Below, piece by piece: positions 5,241-14,232 of a DNA stretch of 44,751 nucleotides. The stretch is taken from the IMG/VR virus record IMGVR_UViG_3300027863_000006; one strand, written 5' to 3'. Below the pieces are notes generated by a model. It was not told the DNA's origin and made no database searches. It saw only the letters and a program-made list of their open reading frames with translations. Positions within the stretch are counted from its first letter, which is position 1. Each line of letters begins with the position of its first letter. This DNA comes from a virus. A program made the position numbers and the translations under genes.

Positions 5241-5662
5241 TACTCAAAGAAAACCTCAACGAGAAGATCACAGGTGCTCGTGATATCTATAACCTCATAG
5301 TTTCCATACTTGCCACGGAGAATGAGGTTGATCAGAAGAAAGAGCATTATTGGGTGATTGGGACAGACACCAAGGGCAAGGTACTCTATGTTGAACTTGT
5401 GACCCTTGGTATCCTCGATGAGTGCACAGTCCATCCAAGAGAGGTGTTTAGGTTAGCGATTCAGAAGGCTTGTAAGTGGATGTTTCTCGTCCATAATCAT
5501 CCATCAGGTGATCCTGAACCAAGCAGACAAGATGAGCGAAACCATGTGCGGATGGTGGGCGTGGGAGATCTTGTGGGAATCCCTGTGAGGGATGAGCTGA
5601 TAATCGGTGCAGGTAGGTATTACTCATTTCTTTCAACAATGGTTGAGGAGGTTGATCAATGA
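5237..5662 (+). CDS. radC: RadC-like JAB-domain protein
   Basis: HPREVFRLAIQKACKWMFLVHNHPSGDPEPSRQD matches the RadC/UPF0758 signature (HNHPSG..PS..D). IPVRDELIIG corresponds to the family's vlDHiIvg motif. Confidence 0.85.
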   Translation: MILKENLNEKITGARDIYNLIVSILATENEVDQKKEHYWVIGTDTKGKVLYVELVTLGILDECTVHPREVFRLAIQKACKWMFLVHNHPSGDPEPSRQDERNHVRMVGVGDLVGIPVRDELIIGAGRYYSFLSTMVEEVDQ

Positions 5663-6024
5663 TTGAGATTAAGTGGGACAAAGAGGGTTATCCAACTAAG
5701 GCGTCGTTGAGACGTTTACGCAAGGCTGTAAAGGAATTTAATAAAGAGGGAGTAGAAGCATTCTATGCGGCATTGCAGAAAAATTGGTATGGTTTCTGCT
5801 GGACTGAGTTTCAGGATATAGGAGGCGAACTCAAATTAGTCTTGGCTTATCACACTGGTGGGTGGTCTGGGAATGAGGAGATTATTGCTGAGCTTCAACG
5901 CTCTCCTATTTGGGGTTGGGCTTTGGAACGGTATGATGCTATAGGTCACTATTATTTTCGACCAAAAGAAAAGGCTCAAAGACGTGCACGGGGGCTTCGT
6001 CATGAGAGCAATCACCAATCATAG
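5659..6024 (+). CDS. Hypothetical protein
   Basis: 121-aa ORF with an ATGA overlap with the upstream gene. No motif was recognised. Confidence 0.6.
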   Translation: MIEIKWDKEGYPTKASLRRLRKAVKEFNKEGVEAFYAALQKNWYGFCWTEFQDIGGELKLVLAYHTGGWSGNEEIIAELQRSPIWGWALERYDAIGHYYFRPKEKAQRRARGLRHESNHQS

Positions 6025-6138
6025 GTTGAGGAAGAAGTTAGTTCGTATAATTGAGAAGAAGTTGAGGAACAAGTATGTTGTATTTAAGGCAGTCATGAGA
6101 AGAGTAATTGGTAACCACAAACGGAAAGGAGTCAAGAA

Positions 6139-6858
6139 ATGAATGAGGAAATATTTGAACTCGTTAGGGAGCTTCAAGGGGAATTTTCTCCGGGTTCCGA
6201 AATGGAGGCATTCCACGCCCCTATCCCTGAGGATGCTATTGATATCCTCCCGACTGGGGAACTCTACATCCCACATTCCTTCTTCATTAAGAGGCTCAAC
6301 CAAGCATTCACCTACAACTGGGTTCTTCTTCCTACTGGTGGAGTAAAGGACTCAATAGAGACAACATCCGATGGGAAAAGAAGGGGTAGCATCTGCCTTG
6401 AGTATGCTCTTTTTGCAGCTGGGATCCTTATTGGTATTGCGTGGGGTGAGGGCGAGATACAGTCTGAGAGGCAGAGTGTTGGAACGGCACTTGAATCAGC
6501 CAGATCCTCTGCTTTAACGAGAATATGCATGAAGGCTGGTGTTGGGCTTGAACTATATGACGATACTTATGTATTGCAGTGGAAACAAAAGCATGCTACT
6601 CAGATACGCAATGAGAAGGGTAAGCTCATTTGGGTAAAGAAGCCCCAGCCTCATGTAGAGACCAATGGGAAGACCGATAAGTTTGCTTTCCTGAAAGCCG
6701 TGGAGACATTGAAGAAACAGGTCGGTGATAAGGCTTATTATGCTGTACTTCAGAAGTATGGTGTAGACCACGCCAATAAACTCACTGACCGGGATAAGCA
6801 AGCTGCATTTTACCGAGAACTTAAAGCCGTAGCCGATACGGCTCACGAACCAGAATGA
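6139..6858 (+). CDS. Rad52/Sak/MGM101-like single-strand annealing protein
   Basis: YIPHSFFIKRLNQAFTYNWVLLP and ALESARSSALTRICMKAGVGLELYD resemble the Rad52-family core. RBS AAGGAG is present. It sits next to an exonuclease, as in phage recombination modules. Confidence 0.6.
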   Translation: MNEEIFELVRELQGEFSPGSEMEAFHAPIPEDAIDILPTGELYIPHSFFIKRLNQAFTYNWVLLPTGGVKDSIETTSDGKRRGSICLEYALFAAGILIGIAWGEGEIQSERQSVGTALESARSSALTRICMKAGVGLELYDDTYVLQWKQKHATQIRNEKGKLIWVKKPQPHVETNGKTDKFAFLKAVETLKKQVGDKAYYAVLQKYGVDHANKLTDRDKQAAFYRELKAVADTAHEPE

Positions 6859-6866
6859 GGTGAAGT

Positions 6867-7787
6867 ATGATAGCACATGCCTTTTTCGAGGCTGATAAGC
6901 AAGAGGCTCTTCAGAGCGTCGCTAACAAGCCAAGCCGTGCGTTATACTGGATGAGCCGTGTTGGTAAAATTCTTGAGTGTGGAAGATGGGGGGTATACTC
7001 CAATCTTGATATACCGCAGGAACCCCCCTATCCCCGTATAATGCGGGTTTTCAGAAACGGTTCGTACGTAGACCAGCGTTTGAAGGAACAAGCATCGCTA
7101 ATTGTTCCTAACTTTAAGAATGTAGATATGAGGCTGGAATATGAGATACTTCCGGGTCATACGGTTAGTGGGAAAATTGATGGTATGATAGATCCAAGCC
7201 CATACGGGAAAACCATCGTGGAGTTCAAAGGGCTTTCCACAGGAGGATATAACAGAGGAACGGTTGGTGACATTGATATAACCTATCAGGTGCAAGCTGT
7301 TCTCTACGCTTTGGCATCAGATGCAAAGGCTATAGACTTTGTGATTGAGCATAAGGAAACACAGCAGATCATCGAGATACTTTATGTGAAGGATGGGGAA
7401 GCCTTCACTGCATCAATAGAGCGTTATAGGGACTCAGCCTTGTTGGATTACGTCACAATTGAGAACGCTATTCCCTTCAATTTAATTGATGACCTCAAGG
7501 AGCGTTTGGAGCTTGTGAAGAGTGTATCGTCTATCGAGGACGCAAAGAAGATTTTCACAGTGCCGCACGACCCATGGAAGTGTCATAACTGTGACGGTCA
7601 AGGGTTTAAGGTATATAAGAAGGGCTCAGCACCTTGTAATGTATGCAAAGGGACTGGATTAGAACCTGAGCCTAAACTACTTTATCCTTGTAGCTATTGC
7701 CCCTATAAGAGCGTTTGCTTCCCCAATCAGAAGATGGAGATTGAGGGAGGTAAGCCAGTGTTCTATCTAAAAACCGAGGGTGAATAG
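6867..7787 (+). CDS. Cas4/RecB-like PD-(D/E)XK exonuclease with 4Fe-4S cysteines and an inserted DnaJ-type zinc finger
   Basis: The nuclease motifs are D105 (GKIDGMID), E119-F-K121 (VEFKG) and Q143xxxY147. The Cas4 Cys set is C38 plus C275-x2-C278-x5-C284. The insertion is C239HNCDGQG ... C257NVCKGTG, two CxxCxGxG units. Confidence 0.75.
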   Translation: MIAHAFFEADKQEALQSVANKPSRALYWMSRVGKILECGRWGVYSNLDIPQEPPYPRIMRVFRNGSYVDQRLKEQASLIVPNFKNVDMRLEYEILPGHTVSGKIDGMIDPSPYGKTIVEFKGLSTGGYNRGTVGDIDITYQVQAVLYALASDAKAIDFVIEHKETQQIIEILYVKDGEAFTASIERYRDSALLDYVTIENAIPFNLIDDLKERLELVKSVSSIEDAKKIFTVPHDPWKCHNCDGQGFKVYKKGSAPCNVCKGTGLEPEPKLLYPCSYCPYKSVCFPNQKMEIEGGKPVFYLKTEGE

Positions 7788-7876
7788 CCATGATAAGCGA
7801 TGCACAAGTCTCTTTCACCCGACGCAGTTACAATGCGGCGTGACCCAGATACGTTAGACCTTTTTGAGGATAGCAA

Positions 7877-9784
7877 ATGAAGCTCTACGCAGAGTATGCA
7901 ATTGAGGGAGTCGCTAACAGGAATCAGTTCTATGTTAACGGCTCCCCAAAGCTCACTGGTAAGAGTGAGTGCTATAGAAGCTTATTTCTCTTCCCGGCAA
8001 GTGAGTTAGGCAAGCCCTCACCTGAGCTGCTTACGGCGGATGCCTTTGTCTTTGACTTTGATAACCCTAATGATATTGAGTTGGCAAGGAAAAGTGCACG
8101 TAACTTCGTGTGGTACCTCGTTGACAATAAGATTCCATCTCAGTATATTAGGATATCTTTCAGTGGCAGCAAGGGCTTCCATGTAGTGCTTTCAACAAAG
8201 GTGGCACAGGCTAATGTCGTGAAAGAAGCAGATGAGTATATTGAACGATATCGCAGGTTTGCGTTGAAACTTGCTGAGGGGTTCTCTTATGCGGATCTAT
8301 CTATATACACTCCTCGCAGATTAATCCGTGTCATTAATACCCGGAATGAGAAAACTGGTCTATACAAGATTCCTATTACCTACGATGAGTTTTGTGCCGA
8401 TGAATTTAACCTGCCATATCTTGACCTTGCTGCCCAACCCCGTATACTTCCGCAAGAAAAGGTTGAGATAGAACCCATTGAAGAATACGTAGAATTATTC
8501 CATTCAGCGTTGGAGAAAACCCCGAATGGCACAAAACGAGACTATGTTGAACTCCTCAAGAGAGACATTCCTGAGGGCGAGAGGCATAACACACTCGTTT
8601 ATCTTGTAGGTCATCTTAGAGCAAAGGGTTTGCGGGAAGCTGAGGTTCTGGAACTATTAAGGGGATGGAATCAAAAGCTTACCACACCTTTACCAGACAA
8701 AGAAGTCGTGGCAACCATAAAGTCATTGTTTAGCAAGGCTGACAAACATCCCTCAAGAAAGCCTCTTATTCTTCTTAGTGGAAGCGACATCGTGGGGGAG
8801 AAGGAAAAACCAACCAATTATCTCATAAAAAGACTTGTCGCTCATCCCTCATTGAACATACTCTTTGGTGAGGAGGGATCTGCTAAGAGTATTCTTATGG
8901 CTAACCTTGCTGTATCAGTAGCCGCTGCAAGAGATAAATGGCTATCGTGGGATGTAGGTAAGACAGGTCACGTTATCTATGTTGATGCTGAGATGGATAT
9001 ACAATCGGTAAAGAATCGGTTTATACGGATGGTTAGTGTATTATCCGAGCAGCAGAAAACTCTTCTATCAAGACTGACGATTATCACCGAGTCGCCGCTT
9101 TTCAAGGAACTCAAAAATGAGCTAATATCCTTATGTGAGGCATACAAACCAGTTCTAATCATCTTTGATGACCTTTACTTTCTACACTTAGCCGACGAGA
9201 ATAAAGCCTCCGATATGAAGGGTATAATGCAGGAGTTCAGAGAACTGAGGGATAGATTCAATGCTACAGTCTTTGTTGTGCACCACACGAGGAAAACAAT
9301 TGATATCCAGCCCATGGATAACCAACAGATGAGGGGGTCGCAAGTCCTTGGTGCAATTGTAGATAGTGCCTTTCAGTTAAAGTATTCCTTGAAGGAGCAG
9401 GGCAAGGTTTTGTTCAAGCCCACAAAGTTCAGGCATATACCCATTGATGAGAGGGAGACGCATTTACTCAGTCTTGACAAGGATACTCTCTGGCTTACCG
9501 ATGAGGGTGTTGTAGAGGAAAGAGACCATCTCATTTACCAGCAGTCCGAGATTACTCCTGATGAGATCTTTGGAGCTAAACCAGCGTTGTTTATTCAGGA
9601 TATTAAACGTGCTCTCAAAGAGCGGGGGAAAACAGAATCCCAAGCACACTGGATTCTATCTAAGTGGGTCAAGAAGGGGCTAATAGTAAGAACACCGATG
9701 GGAACGTATATGCGAACCGAAAGTCTGGAGAATAACAATGATAACGGCGAATCAAGCAACGAAGCTGATACTAAGGTTCATTAA
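7877..9784 (+). CDS. Bifunctional primase-polymerase (AEP) / RecA-fold replicative helicase
   Basis: AEP motifs DFDNPND, SGSKGFHV and RLIRVINT. PriCT-like GERHNTLVYLVGHLRAKG. Walker A GEEGSAKS and Walker B VLIIFDDL in the C-terminal half. Confidence 0.8.
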   Translation: MKLYAEYAIEGVANRNQFYVNGSPKLTGKSECYRSLFLFPASELGKPSPELLTADAFVFDFDNPNDIELARKSARNFVWYLVDNKIPSQYIRISFSGSKGFHVVLSTKVAQANVVKEADEYIERYRRFALKLAEGFSYADLSIYTPRRLIRVINTRNEKTGLYKIPITYDEFCADEFNLPYLDLAAQPRILPQEKVEIEPIEEYVELFHSALEKTPNGTKRDYVELLKRDIPEGERHNTLVYLVGHLRAKGLREAEVLELLRGWNQKLTTPLPDKEVVATIKSLFSKADKHPSRKPLILLSGSDIVGEKEKPTNYLIKRLVAHPSLNILFGEEGSAKSILMANLAVSVAAARDKWLSWDVGKTGHVIYVDAEMDIQSVKNRFIRMVSVLSEQQKTLLSRLTIITESPLFKELKNELISLCEAYKPVLIIFDDLYFLHLADENKASDMKGIMQEFRELRDRFNATVFVVHHTRKTIDIQPMDNQQMRGSQVLGAIVDSAFQLKYSLKEQGKVLFKPTKFRHIPIDERETHLLSLDKDTLWLTDEGVVEERDHLIYQQSEITPDEIFGAKPALFIQDIKRALKERGKTESQAHWILSKWVKKGLIVRTPMGTYMRTESLENNNDNGESSNEADTKVH

Positions 9785-10109
9785 CTCATTGCCACATTGC
9801 TTTGCTATGAGGGTGAATACTATGGGTGTTTATGACGCAAAGCGTGGTAAATATCGCAGGATCTGGGATGTTCATTCGGTAGGCAGAGCCGACATTATTG
9901 CTTGTATGAATGGGAAATATGTAGAAGTAGAGGTTAAGGTTGGTAAGGATAAACAAAGCGAGAATCAAGCAATGCACGAGGAGATAGTCAAGCACTGCGG
10001 TGGTGTGTATATTCTTGCCGAGTGCCACGATGCCTCAGATTTACCTGTGATATACAATAAATTGTATGACGTAGTTAAAACGGAGAAAACGAAAGGAGAG
10101 AAGAAATGA
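9738..10109 (+). CDS. VRR-NUC / PD-(D/E)XK nuclease, resolvase-like
   Basis: GRADIIACMNGKYVEVEVKVGKDKQSENQ fits G.pD....(n)ExK....ls..Q. RBS GGAG lies 7 nt upstream. The gene overlaps the primase gene end by 47 nt. Confidence 0.65.
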   Translation: MITANQATKLILRFINSLPHCFAMRVNTMGVYDAKRGKYRRIWDVHSVGRADIIACMNGKYVEVEVKVGKDKQSENQAMHEEIVKHCGGVYILAECHDASDLPVIYNKLYDVVKTEKTKGEKK

Positions 10110-10516
10110 GCTGGCAGGATATTTTAATTAGTGCCATTCTAATAGTGACTATTCTCACTATTCAGATAAGAGGTATGATATGGGAAAGAAAGTATGGTGC
10201 TAAATATATCTATACCAGAAAACTCAAGGAGGAAAAGAAAAGAAGGGAATGTGCGAAATATCTAAAGTGGACAAAGGTTAAGCCAACGAAGCCTTGCTTG
10301 TTTCTTACACGGGACCATTACAAAGACCACTACGATTATCAGGTGTGGCAACTTAAGTGGTCGTATGGTTTTGATGAGAAGGGTAAGCCACTAAAGTATC
10401 TGGCAATACTAAGTTGGTGTGAGGAAGAATACGGAACTCTTGAGGATTTCGATGCGGATGAATATCTTGTAGTTAAGGAATATGATGGCAATGGAGGTAA
10501 AAATGAAACTCATTGA
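10106..10516 (+). CDS. Hypothetical membrane-anchored protein
   Basis: N-terminal TM segment ILISAILIVTILTIQI followed by a K/R-rich stretch. ATGA overlap with the upstream gene. Confidence 0.55.
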   Translation: MSWQDILISAILIVTILTIQIRGMIWERKYGAKYIYTRKLKEEKKRRECAKYLKWTKVKPTKPCLFLTRDHYKDHYDYQVWQLKWSYGFDEKGKPLKYLAILSWCEEEYGTLEDFDADEYLVVKEYDGNGGKNETH

Positions 10517-10847
10517 TGATTATTTGGATGCGATCAAGGCAATCCATACTACAGGGAGAGCTTTAGGCGAGAAACTCGTTGAGGTTCTAAAGCCTATGTT
10601 CCCCGATTTAACCTTTAGGCTGGGTGATGTAGATACTGGGATAGAGGTATTATTTCTCTGGGATGATTCTGATACGTACAATAGATGGTCTGATAATAAT
10701 GCACTTGATAGTTTAGACTCTGTTATTACCAGGGTTTTCCCGGAGTTGGGATTTCGCATCTCCACACCGGGAATATGGCTTTACCCTGAAGAGGTGGATA
10801 GAGTGAAACAAATATTAACCCAATGGAAGGAGAGTACGGAGGAATGA
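10503..10847 (+). CDS. Hypothetical protein
   Basis: ATG at 10503 is preceded by GGAGGTAAAA. The tracked start at 10482 lacks an equivalent RBS. Confidence 0.55.
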   Translation: MKLIDDYLDAIKAIHTTGRALGEKLVEVLKPMFPDLTFRLGDVDTGIEVLFLWDDSDTYNRWSDNNALDSLDSVITRVFPELGFRISTPGIWLYPEEVDRVKQILTQWKESTEE

Positions 10848-10848
10848 A

Positions 10849-11211
10849 ATGGAGAAACGTAACAGGATGCCTTGTCCTCTGAATGAATTCACTGAACATT
10901 GCACAGGCGATATGCCCTTATTGGACAACTATAACCATCAGAATGGAGGTAAAACTATGGAGAATCAGCAACCCTTATCTGAACCCGACCTTGTTATGAA
11001 GGAATTGGATGCTCTTCAATTATTACTCTTTGAGCTACAGCGGAACCTTGCGGCTATTGGTATTGTTTACCAAGAAGGAGCCCGGCAAAATGGCGAGTTG
11101 ACCAAACTCACAACATCATTCTATACTGGGCTTATTCACATCGGTAGAAGATTGCGGAGAGTTGAGGAACTGATAACTGGAGGAACGTATGAGAACCAAG
11201 GTAGGTCTTAA
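10849..11211 (+). CDS. Hypothetical coiled-coil protein
   Basis: GGAGGA lies 5 nt upstream of 10849. A second strong internal start at 10957 (GGAGGTAAAACT-ATG) is also possible. Confidence 0.5.
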   Translation: MEKRNRMPCPLNEFTEHCTGDMPLLDNYNHQNGGKTMENQQPLSEPDLVMKELDALQLLLFELQRNLAAIGIVYQEGARQNGELTKLTTSFYTGLIHIGRRLRRVEELITGGTYENQGRS

Positions 11212-11512
11212 TCGTATAGTTGCTGTTTACCGCAAAGCGGATTTAATGGAGAGTAAGAAGGCAGCCCCGTCGGTTTATCTGGTAAATATACCTGACGACT
11301 GGACTCAGAAAAGGATAAAGGATGAGCTGGCTAAGATAGATGTTTATTTTGATGATACCTATAAAACCCATTGGGATGACCGCCAATACTTCATGCGAGA
11401 GGAGGACCCTGCTAAGTGGGATGGAAAATATTGGAAGTTCCTAAAAAATAAGCATAACTCAGCGACACTCATCCTCGAATACTATAACGGACAATTCTTC
11501 TGGAGGAACTGA
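11189..11512 (+). CDS. Hypothetical protein
   Basis: GGAGGA lies 4 nt upstream. The gene overlaps both neighbours, with ATGA at the 3' end. Confidence 0.55.
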   Translation: MRTKVGLNRIVAVYRKADLMESKKAAPSVYLVNIPDDWTQKRIKDELAKIDVYFDDTYKTHWDDRQYFMREEDPAKWDGKYWKFLKNKHNSATLILEYYNGQFFWRN

Positions 11513-12186
11513 TGATAGCACCAGTTAGGAAACTTACCAAGCGTGAAATCATCTGGCTTGGAACTCATAGGTGTTCACATGGTCACACATATCTGGAGCA
11601 CTATGAGTGTTACTTGAAGGAACAGGAAAGCCCAACCGAGAAGATCGGTTTCCTTGATATTGAGACAACGAACCTGAATGCGAACTTCGGGGTAATTTTG
11701 TGCTGGAGTATAAAGCCACTAAATCAGGAGGTGGTATCCGATATATTGAGCCCTAAGGACTTTAAGTCCGCTGATGAGTTTTATATTGATAAGCGGGTCG
11801 TTAAGAGTCTTATTCAGGAAATGATGAAATACGACCGTCTGGTCACTCACTACGGGACTCGCTTTGATATTCCATTTATTCGCTCAAGAGCTCTCGCATG
11901 TAACGTGGAGTTCCCGCCTTATGGTAGTATTATACATAATGATACCTACTATATGGCAAGGAATAGGTTGAAACTAAATTCCAACCGACTTGACGTAGTT
12001 GCACAAGCCTTGTTTGGTAAGTCTGATAAAACCCATCTTAGTGGTAATATATGGGTAGCGGCTGGTAGAGGAAACAAGAAGGCTCTGGAGTATATTCTTG
12101 AACATAATAAGGTTGATGTAATTGAATTGGAAAAGGTATGGCTGAAGCTAAGAAAATTCGTGATGCCGAGGGATACATCGATTTAG
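11512..12186 (+). CDS. RNase H-fold 3'-5' exonuclease (DnaQ/YprB-like)
   Basis: Exo motifs IGFLDIETTN (DxE), THYGTRFDIPF and HNDTYYMA. Confidence 0.7.
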   Translation: MIAPVRKLTKREIIWLGTHRCSHGHTYLEHYECYLKEQESPTEKIGFLDIETTNLNANFGVILCWSIKPLNQEVVSDILSPKDFKSADEFYIDKRVVKSLIQEMMKYDRLVTHYGTRFDIPFIRSRALACNVEFPPYGSIIHNDTYYMARNRLKLNSNRLDVVAQALFGKSDKTHLSGNIWVAAGRGNKKALEYILEHNKVDVIELEKVWLKLRKFVMPRDTSI

Positions 12187-12869
12187 CATCATACGCAAAG
12201 CTTTACAGCTCTCTGGGGGAGCTTCGAGAGGGGATTAAACTGCTTGGAAAGGCGGCAACGCTTCTTCAGGGAGCTGTTGTTTATTATGCAGCGGTTAGCT
12301 CTGGTAAAGGACTCACCAAGACCATCAACGAACTTGGGGAACTGACTGGTGTACATCCCAGCTATCTCCATCTTCACCTCAGCCATATAAGAGAGGTAAT
12401 AGAGAGGAATCCAACATTTGAAGACTTTCTTGCCGGGAAGGTAAAGGGTCTAACGCCGCACGCACAGCGTAAACCAGAAGATGTGGGAGAAAGAAACATC
12501 GAGGGAACAGTTAAGTATCTTGCTCGTGTCTTGCGAAGGGTAAACAATGAATATAAGAGCCAGCTTCCCGGAGGTGCTGAGGCGTTCTTTCAGGTGTTAC
12601 TACTAACACATGGTAAGTTCAAACGTACACTACAGAGGCAACTTGAGGGGATGGCTAAGTCAAAGGATCCTAAGATTCGGAAAGTGGCCCAGAGAGTTCG
12701 GGAAAAGCTGGCGTTAATCTACGATCTCCAGAAGCCTCTTGATGAAGAGCTGAAGCAACTTTCTTATACCGAGCGTCAGAGGATTCTCCAATATCTCGAC
12801 GATAAAATCCGAATTTTGAAAGGGGAACCTTCTCAATCAGGTTCTGGGCGTTCTGAGAAGCCTCGGTAA
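12138..12869 (+). CDS. HTH-containing protein, candidate transcription regulator
   Basis: LTKTINELGELTGVHPSYLHLHLSHIREVI looks like a helix-turn-helix. The rest is helical and basic. It is the last gene of the plus block. Its 3' 200 nt overlap the convergent ATP-grasp gene. Confidence 0.45.
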   Translation: MAEAKKIRDAEGYIDLASYAKLYSSLGELREGIKLLGKAATLLQGAVVYYAAVSSGKGLTKTINELGELTGVHPSYLHLHLSHIREVIERNPTFEDFLAGKVKGLTPHAQRKPEDVGERNIEGTVKYLARVLRRVNNEYKSQLPGGAEAFFQVLLLTHGKFKRTLQRQLEGMAKSKDPKIRKVAQRVREKLALIYDLQKPLDEELKQLSYTERQRILQYLDDKIRILKGEPSQSGSGRSEKPR

Positions 12870-14049
12870 AACTTTGACCTCTTCCGATAAAAATTCCCGC
12901 ATAGCCAGTCTCACTTGAGATCAGCGTCTTCCCTTTAGATTTCTTCACTTCAATAAGATAGACGTCTTTTACGTCTTGATGGGATAAATATTTCAAGTTC
13001 AGATGTTCATTGTAGAAGCTATCTTTAACATTGGTTATATCTTCTATTGGAAAATGTGGGAATGCTAAGACAAGCCCAACGTGTGGCTCACCAACCTTAA
13101 ATCTAAGGGTAAAATCCATTGAGTATAGCCTTGAGAAGAACGCCCACACAGGTTCATCAAGCATAGCTAATTCGATGTAGATGGCTGGATAGCCTAATCT
13201 AAGTGTCCACTCTACAAGCCACAATTGCCCCGAATCATCCAAAATGCAATTAGCGTCAGCCTCACCAGTATAATTGGTTAAATAAGGTATAATGGGGCGT
13301 AGCATCTCATCATAGATTCTATGGGGACCTTCGTAAGCAATGATTCCAGTTCCCATTTCTCCAGTAGTTAAGCCACGGTTTCCCTCAAGGAACTTCTTAT
13401 GTTCAAAGTTCTCAAATATAATAGGTCCGTCTCCTCTACCCATCGCTACTCCGCTAACAACAAATACGCTGGCGGCAACCTCAGTTCCACTAATGAGCTT
13501 CTGTAATATTAACTTACCTTTAGGTAACTTTGTCTTTGACTGCACCGCTTCGAGATGGTCTATTAGGTCAGATGAGTCATTCTCTTGGGCAGCAAAGTTC
13601 AGAGTTTTAGGCATACCCCCGGTCTGCTTTAGAATATACCTCTGGGGATGGAGCTTTATGAAGTTCACAACCTCTGGTATTGACTCAATAACGTGATACT
13701 CAGGTATTTTAACTCCAATGCTTCGAGCAAAGTTATACTGCCATTCACGGTCAACTTCTATCTTCTGTCCAAACCTATTTGTCCCAATGACTGGAATGTG
13801 GTGCTCCCTCATCTTCTCTTGAATACTTCCCCATTCAAAGCTATCAAAGATGAAGTGCCAGTCATGGTGACGGCGAATAAACTCTAATAGAGGTGTATTA
13901 GAGCCAAAATACCTCTTGATGCCGAACCCTGTGATGATCTCGTTTTGGCTCTTTAAAGCATTCCAAAAAGATACCTCATTCCCCTCATCGTGCAGACGAA
14001 GGGCGAGTCCAGCCCCATCCCCTTCTTTTGAGACTATAGCAAATCTCAT
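12670..14049 (-). CDS. ATP-grasp enzyme, PurD (phosphoribosylamine-glycine ligase)-like
   Basis: FEHKKFLEGNRGLTTGEMGTG matches the PurD HKR...GPNTGGMG loop. The C-terminal GFYRRDIG matches the PurD fYRkDIG end motif. The N-terminal MRFAIVSKEGDGAGLALRL fits a pre-ATP-grasp domain. Confidence 0.75.
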   Translation of the reverse strand: MRFAIVSKEGDGAGLALRLHDEGNEVSFWNALKSQNEIITGFGIKRYFGSNTPLLEFIRRHHDWHFIFDSFEWGSIQEKMREHHIPVIGTNRFGQKIEVDREWQYNFARSIGVKIPEYHVIESIPEVVNFIKLHPQRYILKQTGGMPKTLNFAAQENDSSDLIDHLEAVQSKTKLPKGKLILQKLISGTEVAASVFVVSGVAMGRGDGPIIFENFEHKKFLEGNRGLTTGEMGTGIIAYEGPHRIYDEMLRPIIPYLTNYTGEADANCILDDSGQLWLVEWTLRLGYPAIYIELAMLDEPVWAFFSRLYSMDFTLRFKVGEPHVGLVLAFPHFPIEDITNVKDSFYNEHLNLKYLSHQDVKDVYLIEVKKSKGKTLISSETGYAGIFIGRGQSFTEASQNAQNLIEKVPLSKFGFYRRDIGESSDARYKKVASALHQEASGDRRLTPAFPELSGPLSES

Positions 14050-14216
14050 CTTTTCCTTCGCTTCTTTGTTTTCTTAGCAAAGTCTCGTAGCTGCTGAGTA
14101 CTCATAGTCCTTGCCATTCTCGCAGCCGCCTTTGAATAGGATGCTGGAGTTTGACCACGCTTAATGGCAAGTGCTATCCCAAAGAGTCTCCTCTGCTTTG
14201 CACTCTTTGCGGGCAT
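14046..14216 (-). CDS. DUF3008-like small basic protein
   Basis: ATG at 14216 with AGGAGG 9 nt upstream. MPAKSAKQRRLFGIALAIKRG...MSTQQLRDFAKK follows the DUF3008 pattern as I recall it. Confidence 0.55.
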   Translation of the reverse strand: MPAKSAKQRRLFGIALAIKRGQTPASYSKAAARMARTMSTQQLRDFAKKTKKRRKR

Positions 14217-14232
14217 AACAATAAACCTCCTT

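Noticed and set aside
6025-6138. A possible internal promoter (TATAAT at 6046..6051 flanked by GAAGAAGTTGAGGA repeats)
   Set aside because: No acceptable -35 element lies at 16-18 nt; the best TTGAGG sits at 14 nt. The repeats are short. I left it unannotated.
6019-6303. Minus-strand ORF 6019..6303
   Set aside because: It overlaps the RBS-supported Rad52-like gene on the opposite strand within a purely plus-strand operon, and its composition is hydrophobic and low-complexity.
13340-13887. Plus-strand ORFs 13340..13696 and 13693..13887
   Set aside because: They are antisense to the well-supported PurD-like ATP-grasp gene and have no RBS or motifs.
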